From: the human T2T-CHM13v2.0 reference genome, Homo sapiens
Direction: 5' to 3' (one strand)
Assembly (NCBI RefSeq): GCF_009914755.1
Contig: NC_060940.1
Length of the DNA: 64,000 nt
In this document: piece after piece, positions 1-14,479 of the stretch
Layout: every line of letters starts with the position of its first letter
Position numbering within the stretch: the first letter of the stretch is position 1
Notes under the pieces: generated by a model
What the model was told of the DNA's origin: nothing
The model's database searches: none
What the model saw: the letters and a program-made list of their open reading frames with translations, nothing else
Translations under genes and position numbers: made by a program

Positions 1-107
1 GGGTTTCACCATGTTGGCCAGGATGGTCTTGATCTCCTGACCTCATGATCCACCCACCGTGGCCTCCCAAAGTGCTGGGATTACAGGTGTAAGCCACTGT
101 GCCCAGC
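1..107 (-). mobile_element. Alu (partial, truncated by window edge)
   Basis: Antisense left-arm sequence CCTCCCAAAGTGCTGGGATTACAGG. Confidence 0.95.
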
Positions 108-569
108 CCCTGATTTGATTTTTTACTTGTCAAGGTTTACCTCCCTGTCCCTGTGCCGTGGGCACCTTAGGCTCCTATTACACTGTACATTGTGCCCCAT
201 GCAGTTCTTGTATCCAACTCCAGGTCATACATTCGCTTCCAAAATAACCATCCTCTTTGTCTAATTCCAACTTACTCTTGAAAGCTCTTGGGTCTCATCG
301 AGACTGGAAAGATCTCCCTGGACCACCCTGTTCCAGGCGGTACTCCCACAAAGATGGCACTTTATGAACATTTTATGAACACTAAGGAGTTTGGCATAGA
401 GTAGTTGCCCAGTAAACACTGAATTAATAAATGAATACAGGAATGAATGAATGATGAGTGATAGAGTAGAAACTCAACAAATATTTGTTGAATGAATCAA
501 TTGGTTAAAAGCAAAAAATGTATTGCCTCATGTAACTAAAAAATCCAGGGTAAGAGCTGAATGTATGAA

Positions 570-905
570 TAAATGGATAGATGAATGGATGGAAAGATGA
601 ATGGATGGATGGAAAGATGGAAGAACTGATGAACAGATAGGTGGATGGATGGAGGGATAATGGATGAAAGGATGGATGGACAGATGGAAAGAAAGATGGA
701 AGGACTGATGAACAGATGGGTGGATGGATGGATGGATAATGGATGAAAGGATGGATGGACAGATGGAAAGAAAGATGGAAGGACTGAAGAACAGATGGGT
801 GGGTGGATGGATGCATGGATGATGGATAATGGATGGAAAGATGGATGGATAGATGGCTGGATGAAAGGAAGGAAGGAGGCATGGATGGATGATGGATGGA
901 TAGAT
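570..905. repeat. (GGAT)n-derived repeat with 79-bp higher-order period
   Basis: TGGA/GGAT units; landmark CTGA(T/A)GAACAGAT at 626, 705 and 784. Confidence 0.9.
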
Positions 906-1884
906 ACGTTAACTAATAAACCTCTCCTCTTCCAGCAGTTTGGGAAGTTGGCCTTTGCAGGCCTGTTTTTCCAGAGGTTAAAGTTATATTTCAGTAGACA
1001 TAATCCTAACCACTTTTACCAGGCACTTTAGAAATTCTCGAACCTCAAAGGGAGACAGACGAGTGATGCTAGGCTCCAGTGGATAACGGGAATGTCCTTA
1101 AAAGGAAACTGAGTACTTTTTTCTGTTAGAGATTAACTTCCTAGTAAATTGCAGCATGCCTGCCACAGCTGGAGGTAGATGAAGAATTCTGTTTTTAAAA
1201 GCCCTCAGAGAACTTGAATTTAATTAAATGAGCATTTTATTCCATTCCAAAAGGAAGCAAAACAAACCACCCTGGTTCTGAACTTCGAAGGACCTAAAGC
1301 TTCCTTCCTTTGATTTGGTAAAAAGCTGAGTGAGCTCTGCCCCTCAGGAGCTAGTGAAATAAGGGCAGCCCCACCTCAAAGCCTCACCACCAGCTGCGAA
1401 CTCTTTCCATAGAGTCCTGAGTGTGGACATTGCAAGCAGCTCTCACCATGCACAGTCCTGTTTTGCAAGGTAAATTTCCACTAGTAGGGAGGAGGGAGAA
1501 AAACAGAGTTGTCTTAAAAAAAAAAAAAATTGAAAGGAGTTCCCAGAGCTTGGCCTATCCCCAGTAAGCTGTGCAAAGAGGCCCCAAACTTCCTGATCCC
1601 CAGCTGCAAGCCCAGGCCTGTTTCCTGGCCTGCAGCAAGCTTAGCACCCCTGGGACAGGGCAGGGCTTTGGGCCAGCTGACAGGGCCCCCATCCCTCCTG
1701 CTCCTCCAGGCTCTGCTGAAGCAAAGGGAAGCTCTGTAGTCAATTTCAGGCTGAACTGCTTTGCTTTTTGTGCCTCCTTCCTTATTTTTTCCTCACCGCA
1801 GTTGCCTTATTGCTCAAAAGAATCTCAATCAGTTTCTCAGGTTTTTATGGCCAAAAAGAAGGGTCCTTTGCAGCACCTTACTGC

Positions 1885-2340
1885 TTCGCCCTCCCTTTCT
1901 CCCTCCCTGCCTCATCCCTCATTCCTCCAACTTCCTCGATTTCTTCCTTTCCTTCTCGCCCACCCTCTCCCCATTTTTCTCTTCCTCCCTCCTCCCTACC
2001 CCTTTTCCCTCACCCCTCTCCTTTCTCTCCCTTCCTCCCTCCGTCTCCCCTCTCCTTCTCTCCCTCTCCCATTCTGCCTCTCCCCGCTCTTTCATCTCCC
2101 TACCTCTTCCCTTTCTCTCCCTCTCCTTCTTTCCCTCCTCCCTCTCTTCCTCTGTTTCCCCTCCTCCTTTTTCTTCTTGCCCTCTCTCCTCCCTCCTCTT
2201 CTCCCTCTCCCTACCTCTTTCCTCTTTCTCTCCCTTCCCCCCTCCTCTCCCTCCTCCCTTTCTTCATCTTTCCTCCCTTCCCTCCCTCCCTTCTCCCACT
2301 TCCCTCTCCGTCTCTTCCTCCCTCCCCGTCCCCCACCACC
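1885..2340. repeat. CT-rich low-complexity polypyrimidine tract
   Basis: About 450 bp almost entirely C/T. Confidence 0.95.
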
Positions 2341-2544
2341 AGAGTAAAAATAAAAAGTCCCTCAATGCATCACCCAACCTGCAGTGGGGCAACTCCAAGC
2401 TGACCGGTTACATACTTCTCAATAGGCAGGTAGGTCTCAGTGAATAAAGAAAAATGGTCCTCACTATGCACAGGCTATAAAGGGACTAGTATTTCAGTTT
2501 AATCATGAGAAAGGCTCTCTGCTTTAAGAAGCACTCTACATGCG

Positions 2545-2715
2545 TTTCCCAAGCCAAACTGCTGGGGCTCAACTGTGGGTTCTGCTCCTTCCTGGCTGCC
2601 CAAACTCAGGCAAGTGACTTTATTTCCTCCATTTCCTCATCTATAAAATGGGAGTAGTTGGGTGGCATTAAACCGTCTATGGAAAGTCCTCAGCATGGCG
2701 CCTGGCACAAAGCAA
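2545..2715 (+). mobile_element. MIR
   Basis: Core GGCAAGTGACTT...TTTCCTCATCTATAAAATGGG. Confidence 0.7.
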
Positions 2716-2829
2716 CGGCTCCCTCGCCTCTGTTCTCACTCCTGTTCCACAGAATTACACCCACTCTTCTCTGCTGATACTCTTAATCTCAGATCCCCAA
2801 TTCTGTCTTTCAAATGTGTTGTGTCAACA

Positions 2830-2835
2830 TTTATT
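2830..2835 (-). terminator. Candidate polyadenylation signal AATAAA for CHD9NB
   Basis: TTTATT on the plus strand, about 900 nt downstream of the stop codon. Confidence 0.4.
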
Positions 2836-3734
2836 TGCAAACATGTCTATTTGATTTCAAATGAAAACGCTTTTGAGTGGATTTAAAAACAAAACACATG
2901 CGGGGGAGAAAAGAGAGGCTGACAGACATGTTAGTAAACAGCGAAATATTTTTGAAAGCTGGATGCAGATAGCTCAGATGCTAGAGGGTTGAAATGGACA
3001 GACTTTGGCTAGGAAGAGATATGTGAATGTTAGCAGAGGGACCTTTCTTGGGGATTAAGGAATCAGGAACACAAATTTCTCTTCTTTCCTTCCCACCAGG
3101 GCTCCATGCCCCCCTTACTGGAGGACCAAGACCTTGTTGCCTTCAATTTACGGGATCCCAGTGGGATCCTGATATTTTCCATAGTTTCTTAACAACATTT
3201 CAAGTTAAATATTAAAATTATTCATAGGGTGTGGAGTGAGCCAAGTGCAACACATTGCTGTCAGGGGTGTTGGCTACTCCGCCAGCTGTTGAAAAAAGGA
3301 GAAAGAAAGAGAGCAAACTGAGATCCACACACCCCACACAGTATGACCAAGGCGCCTTCTGACTTCAGGAAAGCCAGGCAGACGGGGATCCCTGGATGCT
3401 CACAGCTTGGCAGCCGATATTCACTGGAGCCAGAACAGTCTGCTCTGAGGCTTGTCTGCATCCAGAAGTTGCAGGAAAGTTCCACAACGTGTGAAGACTT
3501 CTTTTGTCCTCTCTGTGGGAGAGCTGGGGAAATAGGATTCCTTATAGACTTATCCTCCCCACCTCTCCAATGAGCAAAGGCTGCTAAAAACTTCTGAAGC
3601 CTGAATCCCAAAGCTGGAGGCTTTCTCTCTCCTCCCAGTGATCGGAGCTTCTCAGGGTGGGGATTGTCTCATGGTTCTGGGGCCAAAGGCAGTTCCAGGA
3701 AGGAGGTGAGGGTCCGACTCTGGAGAGAGGCATT

Positions 3735-3974
<240 letters not shown>

Positions 3975-3986
3975 TTAAATAACCAT
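3975..3986 (-). other. Short uORF (ATG GTT ATT TAA; M-V-I) in the CHD9NB 5' UTR
   Basis: Strong context AGGATGG; the stop lies about 80 nt upstream of the main ATG. Confidence 0.55.
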
Positions 3987-4429
3987 CCTCTTGGAGCACT
4001 GTTGAAAAGAGCCAGTTCCGTTTCTATGGCCACAAGGAGACGCCCCACTGTGCATAAGGAGCCCCCTGTGGGGTGGGCAGGGCCTGGAGAGCTGCCCTTC
4101 CGGCTAACCTGGCCAATTCCAGGCACTGTGCCCCATTCATTCCACCAGAAGAATTCCCTTTTGTTTAATCTGTAACTTACAAATCATCCCACCACCACCT
4201 CCTAGTTACCTGTAAACACCAGCCCCTATCTTCACATGCAAAACAAGCCCTGTCACTATGCAACGGGCTGTAGCCTGCCTTGTATCTCAGGGCCACATTA
4301 AGTTCCTGGGACTCACCCCCTACTTAGAGACCACCCTTTAACCTAGAATGCCAACTCCACCCACTGTTGAGGAATAGGGAGTCTTAGGACCGTGGACTCC
4401 CAGGGTTACCCAAACAGGTAAGTCATTAA

Positions 4430-4985
<556 letters not shown>

Positions 4986-6127
4986 GTCTCTTTATCAGTA
5001 TGCTAATCTTATCTGTTTTGAAGACCCCATCAGGCTATCTTCACACACCATGACAGATGTTATCCACTTTGTAGGCTGTTATTGTGCTTTTAATCTGGGA
5101 CACATGGGTAAAGGTTTTTGCAGCTGTGAGCAATCTCTGATGTGAATACTTCCTTAGTGAAGCCTCGTGTTCTATGGAACTGGAGTTTGGAACTCTTGTG
5201 CTCTATAGTTGACCCTATGTTATTTTCTGATCACCTAGCATTCCTTTTCCTAACTCTAGTAGGGGACTGATAATCCTGACCCAGCTCCTAGGAAGCTAGA
5301 TGGAGGGTCACGCAGGACTGTGAAGTGGCTTTTCAGAGAAGTACATTTACAATGATTCTTTGTGTATGCACACAGCAGTCAAAGGTGACATTGACTCGGA
5401 TTCACTTGTGGAGGGCAGGTGCATACCGGCCTCGGGCACTTTACACAGACCTTCTTGGTTACTCCTCCCAATCACACAGTCCTACAAGGAAGTATTATTA
5501 ATCCCACTTTAGAGTTCAAATCACTGAGTCCAGAGTGGTTAGGTCGGTTACCTGGGGTCACAAACCTGGTAAGCAGCCAGCTCAGAATGCAAGCACAGGT
5601 CCCACTGGCTCCAGAGCCTGTGATCTTCCCACTCCAACCCCCTTTCTGCCCCTGCCTCTGGTTAGTGCCATTCCTCCTCCCTGGGTGTGGGAATTCAGTG
5701 ATCTGCAAGAATGCCACAAAACTCCCCTATAAATCAGCTTTCTTTGAACAAGCTTCTTGCCAACAGGGCCTGGCAGAGTGACAATTCAGAATACATTATG
5801 ATGCTATTTACCTCTCCCACATAAATGCCAAAGTATACTTTGGGGCTGTCAAGGTGGAAGAGGGAGGTTTCATTTACCTTCCAATTAAGATGCCCTGTTT
5901 GAGGCAAATCCTTATTTGGATATTGGGATCCAGGGCCAGCAATCCTCCTTTGAAGCCTCCAAATTAATCATGCTTAACTCAAGTCAGCCCAAGAGACAAG
6001 CAGCAGGAGCACCCAGGGGCAAGGTGAGAAACCCTAGGATTGTGCATGGACCAGTTTAGAGGCAAGGTCCATGGGATTAGGTGAGGGAGTCTTTACAAAA
6101 TGAATGTGGTAAGAAAACTTGGCTTGC

Positions 6128-6420
6128 AGCTGGGCATGGTGGCTTATGCCTGTAACCTAGCACTTTAGGAGGCCGAGGCGGGTGGATCACTTGAACCCAG
6201 GAGCTCAAGACCGGCCTGGCAACATGGTAAAACTCCATCTCTACCAAAAAAAAAAAAATACAAAAATTAGATGAGCGTGGTGGGGCATGCCTGTAGTCCC
6301 AGCTACTTGGGAGGCTGAGGAGGGAGGATGGCTTGGGCCCAGGAGATGTAGGTTGCAGTGAGCCAAGATTGTGCCAATGCCCTCCACCCTAGTAAACAGA
6401 GCTAGACCCTGCCTTAATTT
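6128..6420 (+). mobile_element. Alu (J-like)
   Basis: Dimeric Alu with A-rich linker. Confidence 0.9.
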
Positions 6421-6477
6421 AAAAATCTTCTTTAAAAAGAAGCCTTGTCTTGCCTGTGACCACCTCTCCCAGACACA

Positions 6478-6612
6478 TCCTGGATGAGTTGTATAATCTG
6501 TGGGACCAAGAGCAAAATAAAAATGTGGACTCCTTGTTCGAAATGATTGAGAATTTCAAGACAGTGACAACAGAACTTTAGATGAAGCACAAGGCCCATG
6601 AATCCAGCCCTG
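6478..6612 (-). mobile_element. MER91A-like hAT-Tip100 MITE
   Basis: Reverse strand reads CAGGGCTGGATTCATGGGCC...GTCTTGAAATTCTC...GAACAAGGAGTCCACATTTT, matching the recalled consensus. Confidence 0.6.
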
Positions 6613-6934
6613 TCCATACCCAACCTCTTCCTCAACTCCCAGAAATGGATTCACCTCGGATGAGGACTGTGATTTGCCAGATCTGCTAGCTGGCTCAGCT
6701 CAGGGTACACAGCCCTAGGAATAGAATATGACCAAAAGAAAGGCAAGAACAGAGAAATGAGGTATGGGCAACCCAAAGATGGATGGGACCTCAGTAGATC
6801 ACATTTTAAATATTTTCAGATTTAAACTGCTTCCTTAGACATTACCACCCACAAAACATAGCAAACATGCACACGCACACACACACACACAAATCCACAT
6901 TAAAAACACAAAAACTTCTTGGAAAACATACTGA

Positions 6935-7062
6935 CCCTGTCATATGTTGGCGAGGTTGTGGAGCAACTGGAACTCTCATATATTGCTAGTGGGAACCATG
7001 ATATGGTGCAGCCCCTAGAGAAAACAGTTTGGCAGTTTCTTAAGAATTATACATTTACCATA
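6935..7062 (+). mobile_element. Old L1M fragment
   Basis: GTTGGCGAGGTTGTGGAGCAACTGGAACTCTCATA...AACAGTTTGGCAGTTTCTT. Confidence 0.75.
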
Positions 7063-7073
7063 GGGCATTTACC

Positions 7074-7445
7074 TGTATTAGTGAGCCCTGGATGCCATAA
7101 GAAAATACAACAGACTGGGTGGCTTACACAAGACATCTATTTCCTCACAGCTCTGGAGGCTAGAAGTTCATGAGCAAGGTGCCTGCAAAGTTCAGGTTCT
7201 GGTGTGGGCTCCCTTCCTGGCTTGTAGATGGCCCCCTTCTCACTGTGTCCTCACATGGCCTTTTCTCAGTGCTTTTGGAAAGAGAAAGCTCTGATATCCC
7301 TTCCTCTTCTTATAAGGATACCAGTTCTATCAGATTTCAGCCCCATCCTTACGACGTCATTTAACCTTAATTGCCTCCATAAAGTCTCTATCTCCAAATA
7401 TAGTCACATTGGAGTTCAGGGTTTCAACATATAAATTTGGAGGTA
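7074..7445 (-). mobile_element. MLT1 (MaLR) solo LTR
   Basis: TGTATTAG...ACAGACTGGGTGGCTTA...CTGGAGGCTAGAAG typical of MLT1. Confidence 0.8.
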
Positions 7446-7446
7446 G

Positions 7447-8210
7447 GGCCGGGTGTGGTGGCTCACACTTGTAATCTCAGCAGTTTGGGAGGCCGAGGTG
7501 GGTGGATCACTTGAGGTCAGGAGTTCAAGACCAGTCTGGTCAACAGGGTGAAACCCCATCTCTACTAAAAATACACAAATTAGCCAGGTGTGGTGGTGTG
7601 CACCTGTAGTCCTGCCTACTCGGGAGGCAGAAGTGGGAGGATCACTTGAGCCTAGGGGAGTCCAGGCTGTAGTGAGCTATGATTGTGCCATGGCACTCCA
7701 GCCTGGGTGACAGAGACACTGTCAAAAAAAAAGAAGGGAAGGAAGGGAGGGAGGGAAGGGAAGGAAAGGGAAGGGAGGGAGGGAGGGAGGAAAGGAAGGA
7801 AGGAAGGAAGGAAAGAAAAAAAATCAAATTTACTGTTTATTAAGAAAATTTGGTCTGGGTGCAGTGGCTCATGCCTGTAATCCCAGCACTGTGGGAGGCT
7901 GAGGCAGGCAAGTCACTTGAACCCAGGGGTTCGAGACCAGCCTGGTCAAAATGGTGAAACCCCATCTCTACAAAAAACAGACAAAAATTAGCTGGGTGTG
8001 GTGGCATGTGCCTGCAGTCCCAGCTACTACAGTGGCTGCAGTGGGAGGTCACTGGAATCTGGGAGGTGGAAGAGTTAGAGATTGCAGTGTGCCAAGATTG
8101 TGCCACTGCACTCCAGCCTGGGCTAAAGAGTGAGACCCTGTCTCCAAAACAAAAAAGGAAAGAAAATAAAATAAAAATTTTTAAAGATCAAACAACAAAA
8201 ATAAATAAAA
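7447..8210 (+). mobile_element. Two tandem Alus, the first with a (GGAA/GGGA)n tail at 7734-7822
   Basis: Alu starts near 7447 and 7852. Confidence 0.9.
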
Positions 8211-8419
8211 ACCACTTGCCAGGACCCTAGGGGGGCTTATTTGCCATCTAGTCCTAGTACTCGAGATCATTTAAAATTCTCTCTCTCCTGCTTCTCACTC
8301 ACTTACTCATTCAAACAAACAAACAAAAAGCGCTTGCCACTCATTTAGCTCAACAGCTCTTTATTGAACCACAAGGTACAAAGTTCCATTTTGGGTGCTG
8401 TGCAGTTTACAGAACTTTA

Positions 8420-8715
8420 ATCGCAATTAAGGAGGCCTGAGCCTACAGGCCAAGAGGGCTTGTGTGCACAGGGTCACCTAACAGCTATGACTATAGGTCA
8501 GGAGAGTGGCCAACCCAAGGCACCCTGCAGAAGGGAAGCTGGGGACATAAGCACCCAACCTCACTCTCCTCCCTGCCTCTGGTCTCTCCCAGGTATACAA
8601 CTGGCCAAACCCAGCTTGAAACTAGTAGGTATATAAGCCTTTGGTGTTGCCCATTTAAGTCAGGCTCCAAACACACAGAGCAGGATGGAGAGTGGATACA
8701 GAAGACATGTAGCAC
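8420..8715. mobile_element. Old MLT1 (I/J/K-like) LTR fragment
   Basis: CTGGCCAAACCCAGC...GAGCAGGATGGAGAGTGGAT resembles old MaLR LTRs. Confidence 0.45.
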
Positions 8716-8754
8716 CACCCACATGGATCGGACTCTTGGTTTTTTATTTATTTG

Positions 8755-9052
8755 TTTATATTATTTTTTAATAGAGATGGGGTCGCACTATGTTACCCAG
8801 GCTGCTCTCGAACTCCTGGGCTCAAGAGATCTTCCTGCCTCAGCCTCCCAAAGTGCTGGGATTACAGGCATGAGCCACTGGGCCCGGCCAGTTTGTTTTT
8901 TGAAATCAGGTCTCACTCTGTTGCCTGGATGGAGTGCAGTGGAGCGATCATGCATGGCTCACTGCAGCCTCAACCTTCTGGGCTCAAGCCATCCTCCTGC
9001 CTCAGCCTCCTCAGTGGCTAGAACTACAGGCGTGTGCCACCACCCCCAGCTG

Positions 9053-9093
<41 letters not shown>

Positions 9094-9205
9094 CAGGGGT
9101 CTCACTATGTTGCCTAGGCTGGTCTCGAACTCCTGGCATCAAGTGATCCTCCTGCCTCGGTCTCCCAAAGTGTTGGGATTACAGACATGAGCCACCGCAC
9201 CTGGA
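8755..9205 (-). mobile_element. FLAM plus AluJ with a (TG)n microsatellite (9054-9090) in the linker
   Basis: Antisense monomer followed by a dimeric Alu. Confidence 0.9.
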
Positions 9206-9651
9206 GGATCTTACTCCTGATTAAGGGGCATAGAATCTGCTGGAGGAGGCCACATTCTTGCAGCAAATTATACTATTTAGCAGCATCAATAAGTCCTTTA
9301 ATATGGAAGATGTCACACTGGAAATAGGGGACAGGGGAGGGCTTCCTAGAGCAGGCCACATTTGAGCTGGACCTAGAAGGATGCTCAGAATATCAGCTAG
9401 TAAAAGAGGGAAGGACACAGTTGCCAAAATGAGCAAATATAAAATCCCTTCCCAAGAGTACAATTTAATTCACCAGTCATTGATGGGAAGGCAGGTAGTG
9501 GTCATGGTTAAAAGCAGTTTCAGCATGAGAGGAGCCTGGGTTTGAATACCACCTCTAGAGTGTACATGCTGTATGCCCTTCAGCAAGTTGCTTAACATTT
9601 TTGACTCAGTTTCCTAATCTGTAAGATGTAATTAATAATAACTGCTTCCTG

Positions 9652-10285
<634 letters not shown>

Positions 10286-10604
10286 TCAATGAGACAGAAT
10301 CAGTTCATCTGCTATTACACTTCATAACACCTGACAGGGTTTGCAGGTACAATCCAGGACCAGAATGTGACCAGTCTTATTCCTACCAATCATAGACACA
10401 CTGTGACCTCAAGAGTTAAGTTGCCAGTCAGTCCACAAGCCAGCCTTACAAGACCAAGTGTCCTTCTGGGACGGGTACCCAGGCCCTTTCCCTTTGGTCT
10501 CTTTGGCATTTCTCCCTCTTTCCTTCTCTACGCCTTCTGCTGGGGACCTGACACCATCTTGCCCATGACTCCAGTGCCACCATTTCTAGCTCCATCCACT
10601 TTAG

Positions 10605-10919
<315 letters not shown>

Positions 10920-11102
10920 GATCCTCACCCTCTTTAATGGAGACTCACTCTAGAAGATAAATATTCCCTTTCTTACTAAAAAATAGGTCACATCTCATAA
11001 CATAATTTTATGAATTTATTTTAAAAAACAAAAGTAAACAAAATTTTCCCTTTGAAGAAAAGGGTGAACAGAACAAGAAAGCAAAAGGGATAAAAATGAG
11101 TA

Positions 11103-11495
11103 AATGTCCAACAATGATAGTCTGGATTAAGAAAATGTGGCACATATACATCATGGAATACTATGCAGCCATAAAAAATGATGAGTTCATGTCCTTTGTA
11201 GGGACATGGATGAAGCTGGAAACCATCATTCTCAGCAAATGATCGCAAGGACAAAAAACCAAACACCGCATGTTCTCACTCATAGGTGGGAATTGAACAA
11301 TGAGAACACTTGGACACAGGAAGGGGAACATCGCACACCGGGGCCTGTTGTGGGGTAGGGGGAGGGGGGAGGGATAGCATTAGGAGATATATCTAATGTA
11401 AATGACAAGTTAATGGGTGCAGCACACCAACATGGCACATGTATACATATGTAACAAACCTGCACATTGTGCACCTGTACCCTACAACTTAAAAG

Positions 11496-11530
<35 letters not shown>
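11103..11530 (+). mobile_element. 5'-truncated primate L1PA 3' end with (TA)n tail
   Basis: Near-consensus L1PA 3' UTR including the G-rich tract; TSD-like AATGAGTA on both sides. Confidence 0.9.
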
Positions 11531-11531
<1 letters not shown>

Positions 11532-11814
11532 GAGTACCTTGCCTATCCTGTTCCATATATAAAGCACAGCGTCCAGCACATAGTAGGTGCTTAGTAAACA
11601 GTAGTGAGGTGTTCAGGGCATGTGCCTTGGAATAAGATAATCCAGATTCACGTTCTGGGTACATTACTTGCTAACTCCTCTACCTAGGGCAAGTTACTTA
11701 AACATCGCAAGTCTCAGTTTCTTCGCTGAGAAAGTGGGGAGAGTAACAGTGCCTACTTTGTAGGATTACTGTGAAGATTAAACTAAATTGTCAATCTAAA
11801 ATCCTTAGTGCATG

Positions 11815-12110
11815 AGCCAGGTATGGCAGCTTGTGTCTATAATCCCAGCTACTTAGGAGGTTGGGGTGGGAGAAATGCTTGATGCTAGGAGTTCTAGACC
11901 AGCCTGAGCAACATAAAAAAAAAAAAAAACAATAAACCCCATCTCTTAAAAAAAAAGAAATTAAAATTTAAAAATTAGCCAGGCATGGTGGCACATGCCT
12001 GCAGTCCCAGCTACTTGGGAGTCTGAGGTGGGAAGATCCCTTGAGCTCGAATTTGTGGCTGCAATGAACAATGATCACCTGGATGACAGAACAAGACCCC
12101 ATCTCTTAAA
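11815..12110 (+). mobile_element. Diverged AluJ (MIR upstream at ~11600-11810)
   Basis: Alu arms with an expanded A-rich linker. Confidence 0.8.
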
Positions 12111-12477
12111 GAAAACTGTTAGTGTCTAACACGTTATAAATATTTTATTATTGTTATTTACATACTTCAGCCTACCAAAACTCCTGTTTTCCATGGAGAA
12201 AACAGATCTGTTGATAACTCTGCAGTTTCCAGAAACACTGTGATTAGCAGAATGAGAAAAATGCCAGGAGAACTCAGAAGAGAAAGTCACTAGGAAGACT
12301 TAATCTCATCAGGTGATGCCAGAATCCAGAGGTTGTAATCTAGGACTTTGCCCAGGCATGCTTTGGGGCACAGTGGTGGGGAGGGAGCTGTTGCAAAGAT
12401 GGGGCAAGAATGGTCTGGACATGACTCAGACACTTTAAAGTGAAAGAATGGGAAATTGTCTGGCAGCTGGTACTTAC

Positions 12478-12570
12478 CATGGGCAGTCAGCACTCCTCTG
12501 ACTGATTCACCTTCACCAGGGCACCAGCCTGCAGTGAAGTAGCTGGGGCTGGTTCCTTTTAGTGACACCC
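12478..12570 (-). other. CHD9NB: Putative non-coding first exon of CHD9NB
   Basis: Consensus minus-strand donor CCCATG|GTAAGTA (intron starts 12477) in unique sequence just downstream of the purine-rich repeat. The 5' boundary is a guess. Confidence 0.55.
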
Positions 12571-12609
12571 ACCACCCCTTGCCCTTCCAGGTATTGTCCA
12601 CAGATGACA

Positions 12610-13075
12610 CCTCCTCCTCCTCCTCCTGCTCCTCCTCCTGCTCTGCCTCCTCCTCCTCCCCCTGCTCCTGCTTCTCCTCCTCTTCCTCCTGCTCCTTCTC
12701 CTCCTCCTCCTGCTCCTCCTCCTGCTCTTCCTCCTCCTCCTGCTCTTCCTCCTCCTCCTCCTGCTCTTCCTCCTCCTCCTGCTCTTCCTCCTCCTCCTCC
12801 TGCTTCTCCTCCTCTTCTTCCTCCTGCTCTTTCTCCTCCTCTTCCTGCTCCTCCTCTCCTTCTGCTCCTCCTGCTTCTCCTCCTCCTGCTCCTCCTCCTC
12901 CACCTGCTCCTCCTCCTTCTCCTCCTCCTGCTCCTCCTCCTTCTGCTCCTTCTTCTCCTGCTCCTCTTCCTCCTGCTCCTGCTTCTCCTCCTTTCTCCTG
13001 CTCCTCCTCCTCCTGCTCCTCCTCCTCCTGCTCCTCATCCTCCTTCTCCTCCTGCTCCTCCTTGTCCTCCTCTGC
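12610..13075. repeat. (CCT)n / CCTCCTGCT compound simple repeat
   Basis: About 465 bp of CCT/CCTGCT/CTT units, including tandem 18-21-bp units CCTCCTCCTCCTGCTCTT. Confidence 0.95.
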
Positions 13076-13399
13076 CCTTGATATTCACTTTGACCAGATT
13101 ACACCAGTACAGAGAGTCCAAAGGTTAAATAGGCACACACTCACACACAAACTCACACTGGGCTAGAACAATGACAGAGCGTCCTGGGGGAGCAGAGTGG
13201 GGGCCGGGGGGAGGGGGAAAGGAGGATTGCAGGCCTAACTTTCACAAATCACCTGAAATTTCCACTGAAGGCATTATCTCCAAATGTTGCCACAGAGATA
13301 AACTGCCAGGATTACAAGAAAACGTGAAGACGTTCCCATAGAACTCTGTAATGCTTATATCCATCACCAGGAATGTCTGCCCTTGGCGCCCTAAACATA

Positions 13400-13710
<311 letters not shown>

Positions 13711-14004
13711 CTAAATATAGATATTTTTAATAAATCCTCTACTTATCTCACAACGAGCTCAATCGCTTTGCATTAGATCGTTGGGTGTGTTAAAAGTATT
13801 CATGTGTTACATTAAATGTGAATTCAACAAAAGCAGAGATTTTTGTGTTTTGTTCTTCATTGTATCCCTTGATTGTAGAAAAGTGGCACATAGTAGGTGC
13901 TCAGTTAATCGTTGTTAAATGAAGACATAAATGAAATATAAACCATTAAATGTCCACCATATTTGTAAGCGTTTTGGCATGTCTTCATTGAAAGAATACC
14001 AGGC

Positions 14005-14160
14005 AGCTGGGAGCCATAGTTTACTCCGGTAATCCCAGTGCTTTGGGAGGCTGCAGGTGAGAGGATCGCTTGAGACCAGGAGTTCAAGAGCCGCCAGGGC
14101 AACATAGAGAGACCTTGTCTCTACAAAAACAAAACAAAACAAAACAAAAAACAAAAAACA
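14005..14160 (+). mobile_element. FLAM monomer
   Basis: Single Alu arm with (AAAAC)n tail. Confidence 0.8.
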
Positions 14161-14479
14161 CAATTCCCTTAAGCCGCCCCTTCCCCTTCCACTGCTCAGA
14201 GAAGGCCTTCCAGCAGAGCAGAGCACGAGGTCGCTGGCACACACCCATCCTCCACCAGTCCTGGCCTCTGTAGAGCAAGCCAGCAGAGCAGGCTGTTTCT
14301 CTCATTCAGGGACGGTTTAGGGGGTGGCAGGAAAAAATGGTTGCTGATAGGCGAAGGGCCTCCCTGGGTTGGAGAGAACCCCAGCCTCGGATGGTCCCAG
14401 CACATTTAAAAGAGAAGCAGTGCCAAAGGTGGGGTGCACTGAAAGCTGCTGGATGAAGGGAAAGATCCTTGTGCTCAGC

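Noticed and set aside
1571-2447. 211-258 aa Pro/Ser/Leu/Phe-rich ORFs
   Set aside because: Products of the CT-rich low-complexity tract.
12559-13166. Long poly-Pro/Leu, poly-Ser and Arg/Glu ORFs
   Set aside because: They are translations of the (CCT)n repeat, which lacks stop codons in most frames.
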